64,000 bases of DNA, taken from positions 1,376,001-1,440,000 of the forward strand of contig OY970209.1 in assembly GCA_963713855.1 (NCBI GenBank), read 5' to 3'. This DNA is from an uncultured bacterium (GTDB taxonomy: Bacteria > Babelota > Babeliae > Babelales > Babelaceae). The position numbers and the translations under genes are program-made. The notes beneath the pieces are model-generated. The model did no database searches. It saw only the letters and a list, made by a program, of their open reading frames with translations, and was not told the DNA's origin. This document shows positions 62,576 through 64,000 of the stretch, one piece after another (positions within the stretch are counted from its first letter, which is position 1; each line of letters begins with the position of its first letter).

Positions 62576-63310
62576 ATGAAATTTTATCGATCTAGTATTT
62601 TCTTTATGCTTGCGATTAGCTCTTGTTGCATTAGCAGTGGAATGGAAAGGCGGCGAACGCATTGGGGTGCTGCACAAACAACCTTAACCATGTTGCGGCA
62701 TATGTTTCCTGGAGAAGTTAAACAGTACGGAATCTCATTTCCTGATGGTAGAGCTTACCAGACGACATCGGGTTCTCACATTGATACTCCAAATGAGGAT
62801 TTTGCTACCGTAGCCTTCTTAGGAGGAGCTGAAGATGCGTCGAAATTCCGGCGAGCTTTATCAAAACATAGAAGAAAATTTGGAAGCATTGATAATCCTG
62901 CTCCATTTCTAATTGATCGAGAGGATGGCCGCCCAATTTTAGCTACGCTTGCGCAACTTGCTGCAATCGCGGGCAATTGGGATGCTCTACACGGGCTTGC
63001 TGCAGAAGGCGCGAATATGAATGCTGTCACTCATGATTTACCTGAAACCCCGCTTCAACTGTTGCAAATCCAGGCAGTGAATGCGGCAAGGGAGTGGGGC
63101 GTGGACGAAACTGCCTTGCTTTCTGAGATAGAAGCAACTTGGACACGAAATATAGAATCTGGCCAAGGAATGATTTCTCGAGTAGCCGATCGCCACCAAT
63201 TGACACGAGAACGAGCACAAGAGAGCCGTCAAAGCTGTCAAACCAAGCTCTTACTGGCAACCTTGATCTTTATACTTGTAATCTGGAATATGACGCCATC
63301 AGGGTCTTAG
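62576..63310 (+). CDS. hypothetical protein, signal peptide, single ankyrin-like segment, C-terminal TM
   Basis: SSGMERR; LAAIAGNWDALHGLAAEGANMN…ETPLQL; hydrophobic tail. Confidence 0.65.
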   Translation: MKFYRSSIFFMLAISSCCISSGMERRRTHWGAAQTTLTMLRHMFPGEVKQYGISFPDGRAYQTTSGSHIDTPNEDFATVAFLGGAEDASKFRRALSKHRRKFGSIDNPAPFLIDREDGRPILATLAQLAAIAGNWDALHGLAAEGANMNAVTHDLPETPLQLLQIQAVNAAREWGVDETALLSEIEATWTRNIESGQGMISRVADRHQLTRERAQESRQSCQTKLLLATLIFILVIWNMTPSGS

Positions 63311-63384
63311 AATATATCTCTCAAACTAAGAACAAAAGCACAAAAAGCATCAATTTTGGATCAAGCCTAATAAATACTATAGCC

Positions 63385-63417
63385 AAGAGAGAGCGCGGCT
63401 AATAGCGCTCTCTCTTG
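63385..63417. terminator. hairpin between convergent genes
   Basis: CAAGAGAGAGCGC…GCGCTCTCTCTTG. Confidence 0.65.
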
Positions 63418-63431
63418 CATGCCAGTTTTTA

Positions 63432-63998
63432 TCAGTTTAGTTTAGCCAAAGCCATTACATACAGTCGATCCTGTCCAAGTTCATGACCGAAAGTTTCTCT
63501 CAAAGCAGTTTTTTCTTCATAAGACAAGTTAGATAAGATTCCTAAATCAAACGACATGACCATTTCTGCCTGTTTTTGAGACGTCGTTGCATTAACAATT
63601 GACCGAGCTAGAGCCTTATCCCGTTGATCACTATTTTGAGAATTAATCGTAGCAAGAGCGTAGAGTACATCAGCATATTGAGCACCTTCGATAGCATTTA
63701 AATAATCCATCAATTGCGGCTTAATAGCTTGAGAAATATCCCCATGTTCTAACCGCCTTATTATAAAGAGCAGTTTTTCATTGAAAACCTGCTTCAAGCC
63801 AGCATTCGATTGCTTTGACAACAATTCGGCCAACAACGATTCCTGCATATCACCATTGGCAAAAACCATTGATACTTCCACAGTGAACTTTTGAGAATCA
63901 TTTATTCTCTGTTTTGCTTGCAAAGCATCGATAGCGCGACAGAAAGCACTATAATTCTCATGATTCATTGGTAAAATACCCAAAGCATGCCAAAGACC
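63432..63998 (-). CDS. hypothetical protein, 5' end outside the window
   Basis: Frame is open to the window edge. Confidence 0.6.
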   Translation of the reverse strand, partial: GLWHALGILPMNHENYSAFCRAIDALQAKQRINDSQKFTVEVSMVFANGDMQESLLAELLSKQSNAGLKQVFNEKLLFIIRRLEHGDISQAIKPQLMDYLNAIEGAQYADVLYALATINSQNSDQRDKALARSIVNATTSQKQAEMVMSFDLGILSNLSYEEKTALRETFGHELGQDRLYVMALAKLN

Positions 63999-64000
63999 AT

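Noticed and set aside
1..64000. CRISPR array, tRNA or rRNA
   Set aside because: No regularly spaced direct repeats outside coding repeats and no cloverleaf or rRNA-like stretch seen by eye; the TnpB has IS ends and no array, so it is not called Cas12

Overview
AT-rich bacterial chromosomal segment with no rRNA, tRNA or CRISPR array that I can see. Most genes encode signal-peptide-bearing hypothetical or eukaryote-like proteins (ankyrin, Sel1/TPR, J-domain, kinase-like, cyanovirin-N-like, di-cysteine repeat, five beta-propeller paralogs), scattered among small-molecule enzymes. This style suggests an intracellular protist parasite such as Ca. Dependentiae/Babelota (TM6); that is inference, as no marker gene is present. 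A non-autonomous IS200/IS605 (tnpB-only) element has ends that can be placed at 9704..10983, inserted after TTTAA into the last codons of a beta-propeller gene. Several genes are frameshifted or decayed, including paralog remnants that the ORF track misses. The strongest leads are: (i) a recurring signal peptide followed by Met-Glu on effector-like proteins; (ii) a 7-bladed propeller family with swappable C-terminal anchors, including a shared S/T-linker-ASS tail; (iii) a tandem trio of membrane-anchored cyanovirin-like half-domain proteins; (iv) a protein with 18 Cys-Cys doublets.
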